Part shown: piece after piece, positions 12,647 to 25,200 of the stretch
How the letters are laid out: each line of letters starts with the position of its first letter
How positions within the stretch are numbered: position 1 is the stretch's first letter
Assembly (NCBI GenBank): GCA_950097015.1
Contig: CATNEN010000012.1
Coordinates: 2,108,001 to 2,172,000 of the forward strand
Origin: Macrostomum hystrix
Taxonomy: Eukaryota > Animalia > Platyhelminthes
Direction of reading: 5' to 3'
DNA: 64,000 bases
The notes under the pieces: generated by a model
What the model was told of the DNA's origin: nothing
What the model saw: the letters and a program-made list of their open reading frames with translations, nothing else
The model's database searches: none
Position numbers and translations under genes: made by a program

Positions 12647-14377
12647 CTAGCTTTTTTTGCCCGTTGTTTTTGGGGCAGAAATTTAAAGCAAAGCAGTAAG
12701 CAATTCACGTCTCTGTATTAACTTTATAGTGAAGGTCACTATTTATTTATTTACTGCATTAATGAAAAGTGAAGAGTTTGTTTAAGGGCATTTTAAGTAA
12801 AAAATAAGTGAAAAGTTTGTTCAAACAGCCCCCTCTTGATTACTTCTTTAGAAACATGTCTCTTAGCCACTCCTCTATACAGTCAGTGGCAGATCCAGGA
12901 ATTTTGTTTTGGGGCGGTCTGTCAGGGGAGCGCCATGAGAATCACAGAGGGGGTGCCAGCGGCCGAAAAAGGGCGCCAGGAGCCAAGAAAGGGCGCCAGC
13001 GGCTGAAAAACGGAAGCCAGCGGCTGAAAAAGGGGCGCCAGCGGCCGAAAAGGGGCGCCAGTGCTGCGACTGGCGCCCCTGGTGGGGGCATCTTATTCCC
13101 ATGATTAAAATTTTGGGGGGGGCGACTGCCCCCCACCCCCCCCTAAATCTGCCTCTGTATACAGTATGCATGTACACGCGTATACATAAGGAAAATAGCC
13201 ATGGCATAACAATAACAATGTCAAAGAAACAAAATTAATCTGTTTCAGAGTTCAGAGTTAGACAGGTCAAGGTCAATTCGTGACTACTTTTCTATTAATT
13301 GCTTGCGAGTCACCTCAAGGCCTGGGGATACACCACATTCTTCGTTCTTCCCCTTGGTGCGAAAATGAATAGGCCAGCTGGAGTTCCAACACGGGAGTAG
13401 GCGACATAAAGCTGCCCATGCGAGAAGCAAGGAGTCTCCAGGTTGATGCCAGCCACCTTCAGCGACTGTCCCTGAGCCTTGTTAATAGTCATCACAAAGC
13501 ACACTCTCACAGGGAACTACAGTCGCTTGAACTGAAATAGCAGGTCTGTGGGGATAATTGGAATCCGGGGAACGAACACAGACTCTCCTCTGCCAGATCC
13601 AGTCATTATCGTGGCCTCAATCACGTGTGGGAAGAGCCGCCTGACTATCAGTCTGGTGCCGTTACACAGCCTTGGCGCATTCAGGTTGCGGAGGAGCATA
13701 ATTGGTGCCCCAACTTTCAGCTGCAAGTTGTGCGATGGAGTTCCAGGAGGATCTAGAGAGTTCAGAAACTCAACAGGATACTCCACAGTGGTGTCATCAG
13801 TCAACGTTGTATCAATTGACTTGTAGGTGAAAACTGCACCTGGCAACTCCTGAAGCAGTTGGTAGTTAATTTCGTTGGCGGCATCATTTCTAGGACACAG
13901 AATTGCCCTCTCTGACAGCCCGGGCTTTGGCGCCCGGGGAAGGGAGGGGGTGGCTGTAATAAAATTTGGCCCGCAGAGTGGCAGAGGGGAGTTGGGGTGG
14001 CTGTCCTCGGAAAACAAAAAGTGACTCACTTTGAGATGATGCAGCTTTGCTCTGGATTGAGTAGAGATGTTCAAAATTGACAGCATTGTTGGAAAAACAT
14101 GTAAAGTGTAAGTGGATCAAATTTGGAGAAAATCTGACAAAGTGGGCGATGATATGTCGAATTGAGTGATTTTTTGACGATTTTTGAGCAGTTTTTTGCA
14201 CTTTTGAGCAGGAAGGAAATGATTTTTCGGGAATTTGAGTAGCCTATTGCACTCAGCATAGGTGGTTTTAGGTATGTGCAAAGTTTGGTGCGATTTGGTT
14301 GAGCGGTTTCGGCGTCTATAAACACAAAAGGTTGCACACAGACAGACAGACAGAGTTTTCACTTTTATATATATAGA
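12647..14377 (-). mobile_element. Non-autonomous Helitron with both termini intact and the C-terminal part of the PIF1-like helicase
   Basis: On the minus strand the 5' end is A|TCTATATATATAAAAGTG at 14377, followed by a (TGTC)n tract. The 3' end has a TGCCC/GGGCA hairpin (12658-12677), then CTAG|T at 12647, with no TSD. Helicase homology spans 13310-13918 (ERAILCPRN, LKVGAPIMLLRNL, LCNGTRL, FVMTINKAQGQSL, FSHGQLYVAYSRV), with one in-frame TAG at 13517-13519. Confidence 0.88.
12884..13157. mobile_element. hAT-type MITE (274 bp) nested in the Helitron
   Basis: Perfect 8-bp TSD TATACAGT at 12876-12883 and 13158-13165. Imperfect 15-bp TIRs (CAGTGGCAGATCCAG versus reverse complement CAGAGGCAGATTTAG). 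About 5 internal copies of an AAAAGGGCGCCAGCGG-like motif. Confidence 0.85.
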
Positions 14378-14989
14378 TGAAATAGAACTATGTTTAATGC
14401 AAGTTAGATTGCCAGAATTTAGCAAGCCACTTAGTGTGTAACTTAGCCCAGTAATAGGCTATAATAAGTAAATGGAGAAATGCAGTTGTGAATAGAAGAA
14501 ACATGTAAAAGTAGAAAGGCTCAAAGAGAATTTTTTTGAAGTTAGCATATGATTTAAATGATTCAAGCAATAATCAGGATGTTAGTGATAATGATATCAT
14601 CGTGACATTGTCAAAATATTTTTAATCTGCTGCTGTGAGCTATGATACAAAGTGGTAATGATCAAAGTATTGCATCATTCTTTATAGGATTTAGCTGACC
14701 GAGTGCTTAATGAAAAATAATATAGAATCCCAATTCTGTGGCAATGCTACAGTCATAGTTACTGTTATAATAGTATAGTAGTGGTACATTTAGCTTATCT
14801 TCTTTCTATGAAATGTTTGCCTTAAATAAAAAATAATTAATTCCACTTTTTATTAGATTTGTAAAAATATTTGTAGTTAACATGCAAAAATAAAAAAGTT
14901 ATAATTGCAGTTCTTATGCACTAAATTTCTGTTAATTTAAAATGTTTGTTACCCACCACAATTTTTATTCTATATATGTGCTCATTATA

Positions 14990-16245
14990 ATGCTTAGAAA
15001 AAACATTTTCTATTTTTTCAGAACCATATTTATCAGAATAATCCATATAGTAAGCCTATGAGTTTAATACTTATCTTGTTAGTTGCTTTGGTGAGTTCTA
15101 GTTAGTTAGTCAATTTATGCTTTTAGCTGTTGGAATGAAGGGGAGAAATAATATTGTATGAATTGTATTGACTAGGGGAAATAAAAAGAAAGCTTGATTG
15201 AAAGGTGATACAAAGCCAGTATTAGAACTGAATAATATGCAGTTAACAATAAGTACCAAGTACTCAAATCACTTCAAGTAGAGTGATTTGCTAAGTATAA
15301 GTATATTTCAATAGTGCCTTGCCACTTGGTCTCGGGCACTGCAATTGGTACTATAGTAAGTGAATACATATAATTAAGTGTTATATGTCTCTGAATTGGT
15401 GAAAGTTAAATTAAAACAAATGTTGATTAATAGTCATTAAGATGTAAATATAAAGGAATATAGCTAGTCAGGATCATGTTAGGCAGTCATGACACTAACA
15501 ATCATAAGTCTAGTTCTACCTAAGAATTAACATAGTGTTGAGTAGCTAGACATCAGAGCATAAATGATTGAGTTTTTTCTTTGTATGTGATTGCTATATT
15601 ATAGTTTACCACTCTTGGTCATGTCATTTGATGCCCAAATGCATGCTACTGCAGGGCAACTTAAGACTATTTGAAGCACAAAGGAAAATTTTGGCATAAT
15701 GCTCTTGAGTATGGTGTAGGGTAAATAAAAATTATATTAAAATGTATGTAATATTAAAACAAATATATATATAAATTGATGAATTATAATTAATACAAAA
15801 TTTGAGACAATTTTTAGGTAAATAAAAGAGTAACTAAGTAAATAGTGATATATTTTACTTCTGTTTTTCTGCAAAGATGTAATGTAGCTATCTAAGTAAA
15901 TAGGTTAACAAGTTCTACACTTGTAGCCATGTCTTTGTATAAGTAAAAAGAATTTTTGTTCATAAAAATCAAAAAGAAAATTCGCAATATTTTCAGAGCT
16001 CAATGTGTGGCTCTACATGACCTATCCCAATAAAGGCCACAGTGTCCTGCTATTATTTAAAGCAGATGATCCCCAGGTTCCAGATGTGTACACAGAGGTA
16101 AGTTAACTCCTTGCAAGGCATAGCCAGTGCATTTTTTCTTGATCGCCGCACTAAACAGGATTGGCGTGTAGTCATTTGCTTTGCAATCTATAGTGAAAAA
16201 TTTCACAAAATGTTACTTGAAGGAGGTGGGCTGCGGCCCAGATGA
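14990..16245 (+). CDS. Candidate 98-aa spliced upstream ORF sharing its last exon with Raf; N-terminus resembles a signal peptide
   Basis: Exons 14990-15049, 15083-15090, 15315-15355, 15997-16097, 16159-16245, with donors GTAAGC, GTGAGT, GTAAGT, GTAAGT and an open frame to TGA 16243-16245. The last two exons are the best supported. The 5' part needs a 33-nt intron and an 8-nt microexon. Confidence 0.4.
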
Positions 16246-16276
16246 GTTGCGGCAGCAGCAGCAGCAGCAGCCGATT

Positions 16277-19200
16277 ATGACAGAGCATCGTGGACTTCTA
16301 GTGTCCACCCCAGCTAAAGATGCGCCATCCCTAACACCGTCGCCAACTTCTTCAACAACATCCCCATCGTTGCCATCGTCGCCAATGACGCGAAGTACAA
16401 ATTTAGCGGCTAATTGCTCAGGCGAGTCGATGCTGCGCGCCAGGCTGCCTAGAAATCAGTACACCACCGTCACTGTACGACCCGGGGCCACCCTGCGCGA
16501 CCTGCTGGAACGCAAGCTTATTACTAGAAGTCTGCGCCTAGCCGACTGCTCAGTCTATTATGCTCAGGCGGATCGGGCCGGCCTGCCGCAGATCAACTGG
16601 AATTCGGACGCAGCAGAGGTGGCTAGTCACGGCTGCGAGCTTCTGGTTGAAGCCAACAATTCAACGGCCTATTGCCGGCTGCGCTCAGCGCACAATCTGC
16701 AGCACAAGACCTTCTTCACTATTGTCTATTGTTCCAAATGCTCGCGACTGTTATTCCGCGGTTATCACTGCCTGACCTGTCAGGCCAGATTTCATCAGCG
16801 CTGCTGCGGTGACGATTGCGGCTGCTCGCCTGCGGCTCCCGAGCTGGCTAAGGCTGCTGTCGGCGGCGGTAGACGAGAGGCATCTCCGATGACGCGACCG
16901 GACGGATTGTAAGTTCCACTCCTATCTATTCCAGATATGTTTGAGGATCTATTCCAGATATATTTGAGGATCTATTCCAGATATATTTGAGGATCTATTC
17001 CTGATATATTTGAGGATCTATTCCTGATATATTTGAGGATCTATTCCAGATATGTTTGAGGATCTATTCCAGATATATTTGAGGATCTATTCCAGATATA
17101 TTTGAGGATCTATTCCAGATATATTTGAGGATCTATTCCTGATATGTTTGAGGATCTATTCCAGATATGTTTGAGGATCTATTCCAGATATATTTGAGGA
17201 TATATTCCTGATATATTTGAGGATCTATTCCTGATATGTTTGAGGATCTATTCCAGATATGTTTGAGGATCTATTCCAGATATATTTGAGGATATATTCC
17301 TGATATATTTGAGGATATATTCCTGATATGTTTGAGTCATTGATAGAGAGATCTACGAGTATATAATATATCTCAATATAATCCACGCATGCTTTGATCT
17401 TGTACCCAAGACAGATTTTATAGATATCTGAAAAAAACTTTCAGAACATTTAGTAAACATTTGGAGTAACGCTTACAATTTTATTGCTATGTATTTATTT
17501 TTTGTGGCGCGAATGATATAATGAACTTTTCATTATAGTTTTTATATTTTGCCCCACTAATGGAATTGAATGCGAAATTCAATTAACTCGGTTGACGCCT
17601 GAACCAATCCGTGATCTTTCGACCACCTCGCAGATCTCTGCCTCGCTTTCGCAAGCTGAGCTTTCGCAGGAAGCCAAAGGGTTCCAGACCGCAGCTGCCT
17701 CCGTCCAGTCTGTCCCGCTACCAGACCGGTGGCTGCCTAACTAGCGGCGGCGGCAGCAGCGGCAGCATCGTCGGTGACGCTTCCTCGCCAGTTGGCGATT
17801 ATCAGCCGGCGGCAACAATGTTAACCGCGGCTCCGGCATCAACAAAAGATTTGAATCGGTGCATCAGTACGCCCAATGTGCGACAGTTTATGTCGCCAGA
17901 GGAGGCCGACTTTAGAGACGTAAGTGTGTACTTCTGTTATCCTCAATCCTCAATATAGAATTCGAGTATATGTTCTGGTTAGATTTTGAGAATCTGTTCA
18001 GATTAGATTTTAAGAATCTGTTCAGTTTAGATTTTGAGAATCTGTTCAGATTAGATTTTGAGTATCTGTTCTGATTAGATTTTGAGAATCTGTTCAGATT
18101 AGATTTTGAGTATCTGTTCAGATTAGATTTTGAGTATCTGTTCAGATTAGATTTTGAGAATCTGTTCAGATTAGATTTTGAGAATCTGTCCAGTTTAGAT
18201 TTTGAGAATCTGTTCAGATTAGATTTTGAGAATCTGTTCAGTTTAGATTTTGAGAATCTGTTCAGATGAGATTTTGAGTATCTGTTCAGATTAGATTTTG
18301 AGAATCTGTCCAGTTTAGATTTTGAGAATCTGTCCAGTTTAGATTTTGAGTATCTGTTCAGATTAGATTTTGAGAATCTGTTCAGATTAGATTTTGAGAA
18401 TCTGTTCAGATTAGATTTTGAGAATCTGTTCCGTTTAGATTTTGAGAATCTGTTCAGATTAGATTTTGAGAATCTGTTCAGATTAGATTTTGAGAATCTG
18501 TTCAGTTTAGATTTTGAGAATCTGTTCAGATGAGATTTTGAGTATCTGTTCAGATTAGATTTTGAGAATCTGTTCAGATTAGATTTTGAGAATCTGTTCA
18601 GTTTAGATTTTGAGAATCTGTTCACATGAGATTTTGAGTATCTGTTCAGATTAGATTTTGAGAATCTGTTCAGTTTAGATTTTGAGAATCTGTTCAGATG
18701 AGATTTTGAGTATCTGTTCAGATTAGATTTTGAGAATCTGTCCAGTTTAGATTTTGAGTATCTGTTCAGATTAGATTTTGAGAATCTGTTCAGATTAGAT
18801 TTTGAGAATCTGTTCAGTTTAGATTTTGAGAATCTGTTCAGATGAGATTTTGAGTATCTGTTCAGATTAGATTTTGAGAATCTGTTCAGATTAGATTTTG
18901 AGAATCTGTTCAGTTTAGATTTTGAGAATCTGTTCAGATGAGATTTTGAGTATCTGTTCAGATTAGATTTTGAGAATCTGTTCAGATTAGATTTTGAGAA
19001 TCTGTCCAGTTTAGATTTTGAGAATCTGTTCAGATTAGATTTTGAGAATCTGTTCAGTTTAGATTTTGAGAATCTGTTCAAATGAGATTTTGAGTATCTG
19101 TTCAGATTAGATTTTGAGAATCTGTCCAGTTTAGATTTTGAGAATCTGTCCAGTTTAGATTTTGAGTATCTGTTCAGATTAGATTTTGAGAATCTGTTCC

Positions 19201-22200
19201 GTTTAGATTTTGAGAATCTGTTCAGATTAGATTTTGAGAATCTGTTCAGATTAGATTTTGAGTATCTGTTCAGATTAGATTTTGAGAATCTGTTTAGATT
19301 AGATTTTGAGTATCTGTTCAGATTAGATTTTGAGAATCTGTCCAGTTTAGATTTTGAGAATCTGTTCAGATTAGATTTTGAGAATCTGTTCAGATTAGAT
19401 TTTGCGAATCTGTTCAGATTAGATTTTGAGAATCTGTTCAGATTAGATTTTGAGAATCTGTTCAGATTAGATTTTGAGAATCTGTTCCGTTTAGATTTTG
19501 AGAATCTGTTCAGATTAGATTTTGAGAATCTGTTCAGTTTAGATTTTGAGAATCTGTTCAGATTAGATTTTGAGAATCTGTTCAGATTAGATTTTGAGAA
19601 TCTGTTCAGATTAGATTTTGAGAATCTGTTCAGATTAGATTTTGAGAATCTGTTCAGATTAGATTTTGAGAATCTGTTCAGATTAGATTTTGAGAATCTG
19701 TTCAGATTAGATTTTGAGAATCTGTTCAGATTAGATTTTGAGAATCTGTTCAGTTTAGATTTTGAGAATCTGTTCAGATTAGATTTTGAGAATCTGTTCA
19801 GATTAGATTTTGAGTATCTGTTCAGATTAGATTTTGAGAATCTGTTCAGATTAGATTTTGAGAATCTGTTCAGATTAGATTTTGAGTATCTGTCCAGTTT
19901 AGATTTTGAGAATCTGTTCAGATTAGATTTTGAGAATCTGTTCAGTTTAGATTTTGAGAATCTGTTCAGATTAGATTTTGAGTATCTGTTCAGATTAGAT
20001 TTTGAGAATCTGTTTAGATTAGATTTTGAGTATCTGTTCAGATTAGATTTTGAGAATCTGTCCAGTTTAGATTTTGAGAATCTGTTCAGATTAGATTTTG
20101 AGAATCTGTTTAGATTAGATTTTGAGTATCTGTTCAGATTAGATTTTGAGAATCTGTCCAGTTTAGATTTTGAGAATCTGTTCAGATTAGATTTTGAGAA
20201 TCTGTTCAGTTTAGATTTTGAGTATCTGTTCAGATTAGATTTTGAGAATCTGTTCAGTTTAGATTTTGAGAATCTGTTCAGATTAGATTTTGAGAATCTG
20301 TTCAGTTTAGATTTTGAGAATCTGTTCAGATTAGATTTTGAGTATCTGTTCAGATTAGATTTTGAGAATCTGTTTAGATTAGATTTTGAGAATCTGTTCA
20401 GATTAGATTTTGAGTATCTGTTCAGATTAGATTTTGAGTATCTGTTCAGATTAGATTTTGAGAATCTGTTCAGATTAGATTTTGAGTATCTGTTCAGATT
20501 AGATTTTGAGAATCTGTTCAGATTAGATTTTGAGAATCTGTCCAGTTTAGATTTTGAGAATCTGTTCAGATTAGATTTTGAGAATCTGTTCAGTTTAGAT
20601 TTTGAGAATCTGTTCAGATGAGATTTTGAGTATCTGTTCAGATTAGATTTTGAGAATCTGTTCAGATTAGATTTTGAGAATCTGTTCAGATTAGATTTTG
20701 AGTATCTGTTCAGATTAGATTTTGAGAATCTGTTCAGATTAGATTTTGAGAATCTGTCCAGTTTAGATTTTGAGAATCTGTCCAGTTTAGATTTTGAGAA
20801 TCTGTTCAGATTAGATTTTGAGAATCTGTTCAGATTAGATTTTGAGTATCTGTTCAGATTAGATTTTGAGAATCTGTTTAGATTAGATTTTGAGTATCTG
20901 TTCAGATTAGATTTTGAGAATCTGTTCAGATTAGATTTTGAGAATCTGTCCAGTTTAGATTTTGAGTATCTGTTCAGATTAGATTTTGAGAATCTGTTCA
21001 GATTAGATTTTGAGAATCTGTTCAGATTAGATTTTGAGAATCTGTTCAGATTAGATTTTGAGTATCTGTTCAGATTAGATTTTGAGAATCTGTTCAGATT
21101 AGATTTTGAGTATCTGTTCAGATTAGATTTTGAGAATCTGTTCAGATTAGATTTTGAGTATCTGTTCAGATTAGATTTTGAGAATCTGTTCAGATTAGAT
21201 TTTGAGTATCTGTTCAGATTAGATTTTGAGTATCTGTTCAGATTAGATTTTGAGAATCTGTTCAGATTAGATTTTGAGTATCTGTTCAGATTAGATTTTG
21301 AGTATCTGTTCAGATTAGATTTTGAGAATCTGTTCAGATTAGATTTTGAGAATCTGTCCAGTTTAGATTTTGAGTATCTGTTCAGATTAGATTTTGAGAA
21401 TCTGTTTAGATTAGATTTTGAGTATCTGTTCAGATTAGATTTTGAGAATCTGTTCAGATTAGATTTTGAGAATCTGTCCAGTTTAGATTTTGAGTATCTG
21501 TTCAGATTAGATTTTGAGAATCTGTTCAGATTAGATTTTGAGAATCTGTTCAGATTAGATTTCGCACATCCGTTTAATTTTGACGATAAATTCTCCTTAT
21601 TTATCGTCCTGTCTCTTAGATGAACCCCGGTCTACGCTTGGTAAGAAATCAATCAATCGATTGGGCAATGCAAAAGCCTATTATCATTAAATTTTAGTTT
21701 TTTATAATTTTCGGTTTGGGAAAATTTCTGCTTTTAAGTTACGCACGTATTTCTGAATGCTCAATTTAAGCACAGAATCAAATTTGGTGATCTGTATATT
21801 GTTTCATTGTTGCTTGGGTGTCGGCCATGTGTCTTTATTTACTATTAAGAAATTTAGATATAGAAAATCTTGACATATATTAAATGCTTTAACTATTAAT
21901 AACAATGCACTTTTTATTGTGGCTGTCTGTCTCCACGTGCCTCGATTTTTCAAAATCATTGAATTTAACGAAACAACAGAATTATAAAATAGAATAGGTG
22001 ATCAAACACTTCATGCTCATTTGCTGCTGGCAGTCTTGTCTGCCCTGCCCCCTACTCAGTATAAATTATAGCTCAACTGTCTTTAAGATCTTCAATACAC
22101 ACTCAGTGTGTAGCAAAGGCTTGGGTAAAGGGAAATTTATCCAGCCTTCCCCCTTTTTCCTTTCCCTAGACCAAAATACAAAATATGCTGATCTGAGTGC

Positions 22201-25200
22201 CTTATGGATTTTAAGGAGGCTCTAGTCGCTAGTCGCCAATGGCCTTATTAGGAGCCATGCACATTGCAAGGATTTAACTGTACGCTCGGAGCCAACTGCA
22301 CATTGACAGTTTAGCACAGGTTTGTCGACCAGGGTGGCTACGGAGAGAAAGAGGGGAAAGGAGAGAAAAACTGAAACACGAGAATCGGGTTCAGCTTCGT
22401 AATGTTTTTGGATTACATTTGTTTTTATTTTCCTATGACACTCACTCACAGCACACTAATCACGAAACACAAGCACCGTGTGTTCTATTTGTCAATCGTG
22501 TAGTTGTTGCTAAATCTTGCGACAGTTTATCTGCAAATAAACAGATAATATACTTGTTATTAGAATATTGGTCTTGGAATTGTTGCACTCAGAAAAAAGT
22601 CCCTAATTTAGTACCATTGAATAATTTTTTATAGTCTTGTAATTCGACAAACCCATATAAAATTTCTACAATATCGATATGAGAGCGCAGGTGGTTCACA
22701 AAAATCTCAATCATTTTTTCACTCATCAGTCGATCGTTTTAGTACAGGGTCGCGAGGGCCAAATGGAGAACCCGATCTCTCAAGAGAGATGAGACACAGG
22801 AGAGATGAGACACAGGAGAGATGAGACACAGGAGAGATGAGACACAGGAGAGATAAGACACAGGAGAGATGAGACACAGGAGAGATAAGACACAGGAGAG
22901 ATGAGACATGGGAGAGATGAGACACGGGACAGATAATACACGTGAGAGATAATACACGAGAGAGATAATACACGGTAGAGATGAGACACAGAAGAGATAA
23001 GACTGGGCAAGATAAGACACGGGAAAGATAAGACACGGGAGAGATGAGACAAATGAGATATAAGACACGGGAGAGATGAGACAAATGAGATATAAGACAC
23101 GGGAGAGATGAGACACAGGAGAGATGAGACACAGGAGAGATGAGACACAGGAGAGATGAGACACAGGAGAGATGAGACACAGGAGAGATGAGACAAATGA
23201 GATATAAGACACGGGAGAGATGAGACAAATGAGATATAAGACACGGGAGAGAAGAGACAAATGAGATATAAGACACGGGAGAGATGAGACAAATGCGATA
23301 TAAGACACGGGAGAGATGAGACAAATGAGATATAAGACACAGGAGAGATGAGACGAATGAGATATAAGACACGGGAGAGATGAGACAAATGAAGTATACG
23401 ACACAAGAGAGATGAGACAAAGGAGAGATGAGACAAAGGAGAGATGAGACAAAGGAGAGATGAGACAAAGGAGAGATGAGACATAGGATAGATAAGACAC
23501 GGGAGAGATGAGACAAAGGATAGATAAGACACGGGAGAGATGAGACAAATGAGATATAAGACACGGGAGAGATGAGACAAATGCGATATAAGACACGGGA
23601 GAGATGAGACAAATGAGATATAAGACACAGGAGAGATGAGACGAATGAGATATAAGACACGGGAGAGATGAGACAAATGAAGTATACGACACAAGAGAGA
23701 TGAGACAAAGGAGAGATGAGACAAAGGAGAGATGAGACAAAGGAGAGATGAGACAAAGGAGAGATGAGACAAAGGATAGATAAGACACGGGAGAGATGAG
23801 ACATAGGATAGATAAGACACGGGAGAGATGAGACAAAGGATAGATTACAGACGGTCTATTACAGAGATGAGACAGCGGAGAATTGAGACACAGCAGAGAT
23901 AACGTAGGATAAAGTGTGTGTTGTTAGTGGATAGGGGCCGGATTCAGGAGCTTGAAGGGCCGCACATGTCTGTGGGCCGAGTTTGCCGACTTCTATGCTA
24001 GTATTTTTAAGTAAATTTCATTGGAAGTTTGCTGTCAAATTTCTGCAGGCTATCGCATCTAACCTGTCCAAAATTGGCGGAGGCTATCCCCAGTATCTTT
24101 CGCCTAATCAGCAGCCGCAGCAGCAGTCCCAGCTGTATCAGCTATATTGTCAGCAGCCGCAGCAGCAGCATCTTCAGCAGCAGCTAGTCCAGCAGAATCC
24201 GTCCCAGACCATTGCATATTTGCTACCGCCAGTGCCGTCCGGCTCCCTACAGCAGCAGCAGCAGCAGCAGCTATTCGGCGGTGCTGGCCTGTCTCGCGAC
24301 CGGCCTTCGTCTGCTTCGCTAACAGCTTCGTCGTCTGGCGTCGGCGGCAGCGGCGTCAACGGCGCCAGGCGTCGTCGGGAATCGCGCGACGGCTGGGAGA
24401 TACCGAACGATGCCATTGTGCGGCATCAGTGCATCGGATCCGGCTCCTTTGGTACTGTCTACAAGGGCTATTGGCACGGCGCCGTGGCTATCAAAGAGCT
24501 CAATGTGGTCGACCAGAGCGCCTCGCAGATGCAGGCCTTCAAAAATGAGGTGGCTGTTCTGCGCAAGACCCGACACGAGAATGTGCTGCTGTTCCTCGGC
24601 TGTGTGAGCAAGCCCCGGCTAGCCATCATTACGCAGTGGTGCGACGGCTCTTCTCTCTATCGGCATCTGCACGTGATCGACGCGGCCTTCCCGCCAGATA
24701 GACTGCTGGCCATCGCTAGGCAGACTGCTCAGGGTATGGACTATTTGCACGCGAAACGGATAATCCACCGGGATTTGAAGTCTAGCAGTGAGTGATTCTT
24801 TCTTTTTTCTTTTACATGAGCTACAGCAGGGTGGTAGCCTGGTGGTTAGAGTATCGGACTCATGAGGTCAGAGGTTCGATTCCCGTCTCGACTGATTTAA
24901 TTTGTGTCATTTAGCAAGACACTTAACTCGACATTTGCTTTAGTTAATCGGGTACCAGTGTCAGCTGGTATACTTAAGGGTGCCCCCTGTCCATGGACTG
25001 AACAGTCGTACGCAGACTTTAATAACAACGGCTGTTCTGTCGGCTGCACATCTGGCCCGCTTGCGGCAGAAATTCCGTTGTGTCCGTTGTCAAGCTGGTT
25101 TAGGGCTGATTTGGGGTTAGTCGTAAATTTCTTCCTAGTCCTAATCCTAATTCTGATCATGAATATCCCACCTGTTAGACATTCTCCTGCATGAGGATGT

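Noticed and set aside
13270-14100. Host PIF1 helicase gene
   Set aside because: Only the C-terminal motifs are present, with a nonsense codon, inside canonical Helitron termini.
16181-16276. TTG start for Raf given by the ORF track
   Set aside because: Near-cognate starts are unlikely here; the first in-frame ATG is at 16277. The true N-terminus depends on the upstream splicing described in the findings.
17912-19081. 389-aa NRFSKSNL-repeat ORF, and similar ORFs at 22719-23836, 28897-30961, 40095-41003, 45194-46302 and 50942-53701
   Set aside because: All are read-throughs of tandem repeats in introns or intergenic DNA.
24829-24890. tRNA gene
   Set aside because: A and B boxes are present, but there is no complete acceptor stem or cloverleaf and it runs into a SINE-like body and tail.
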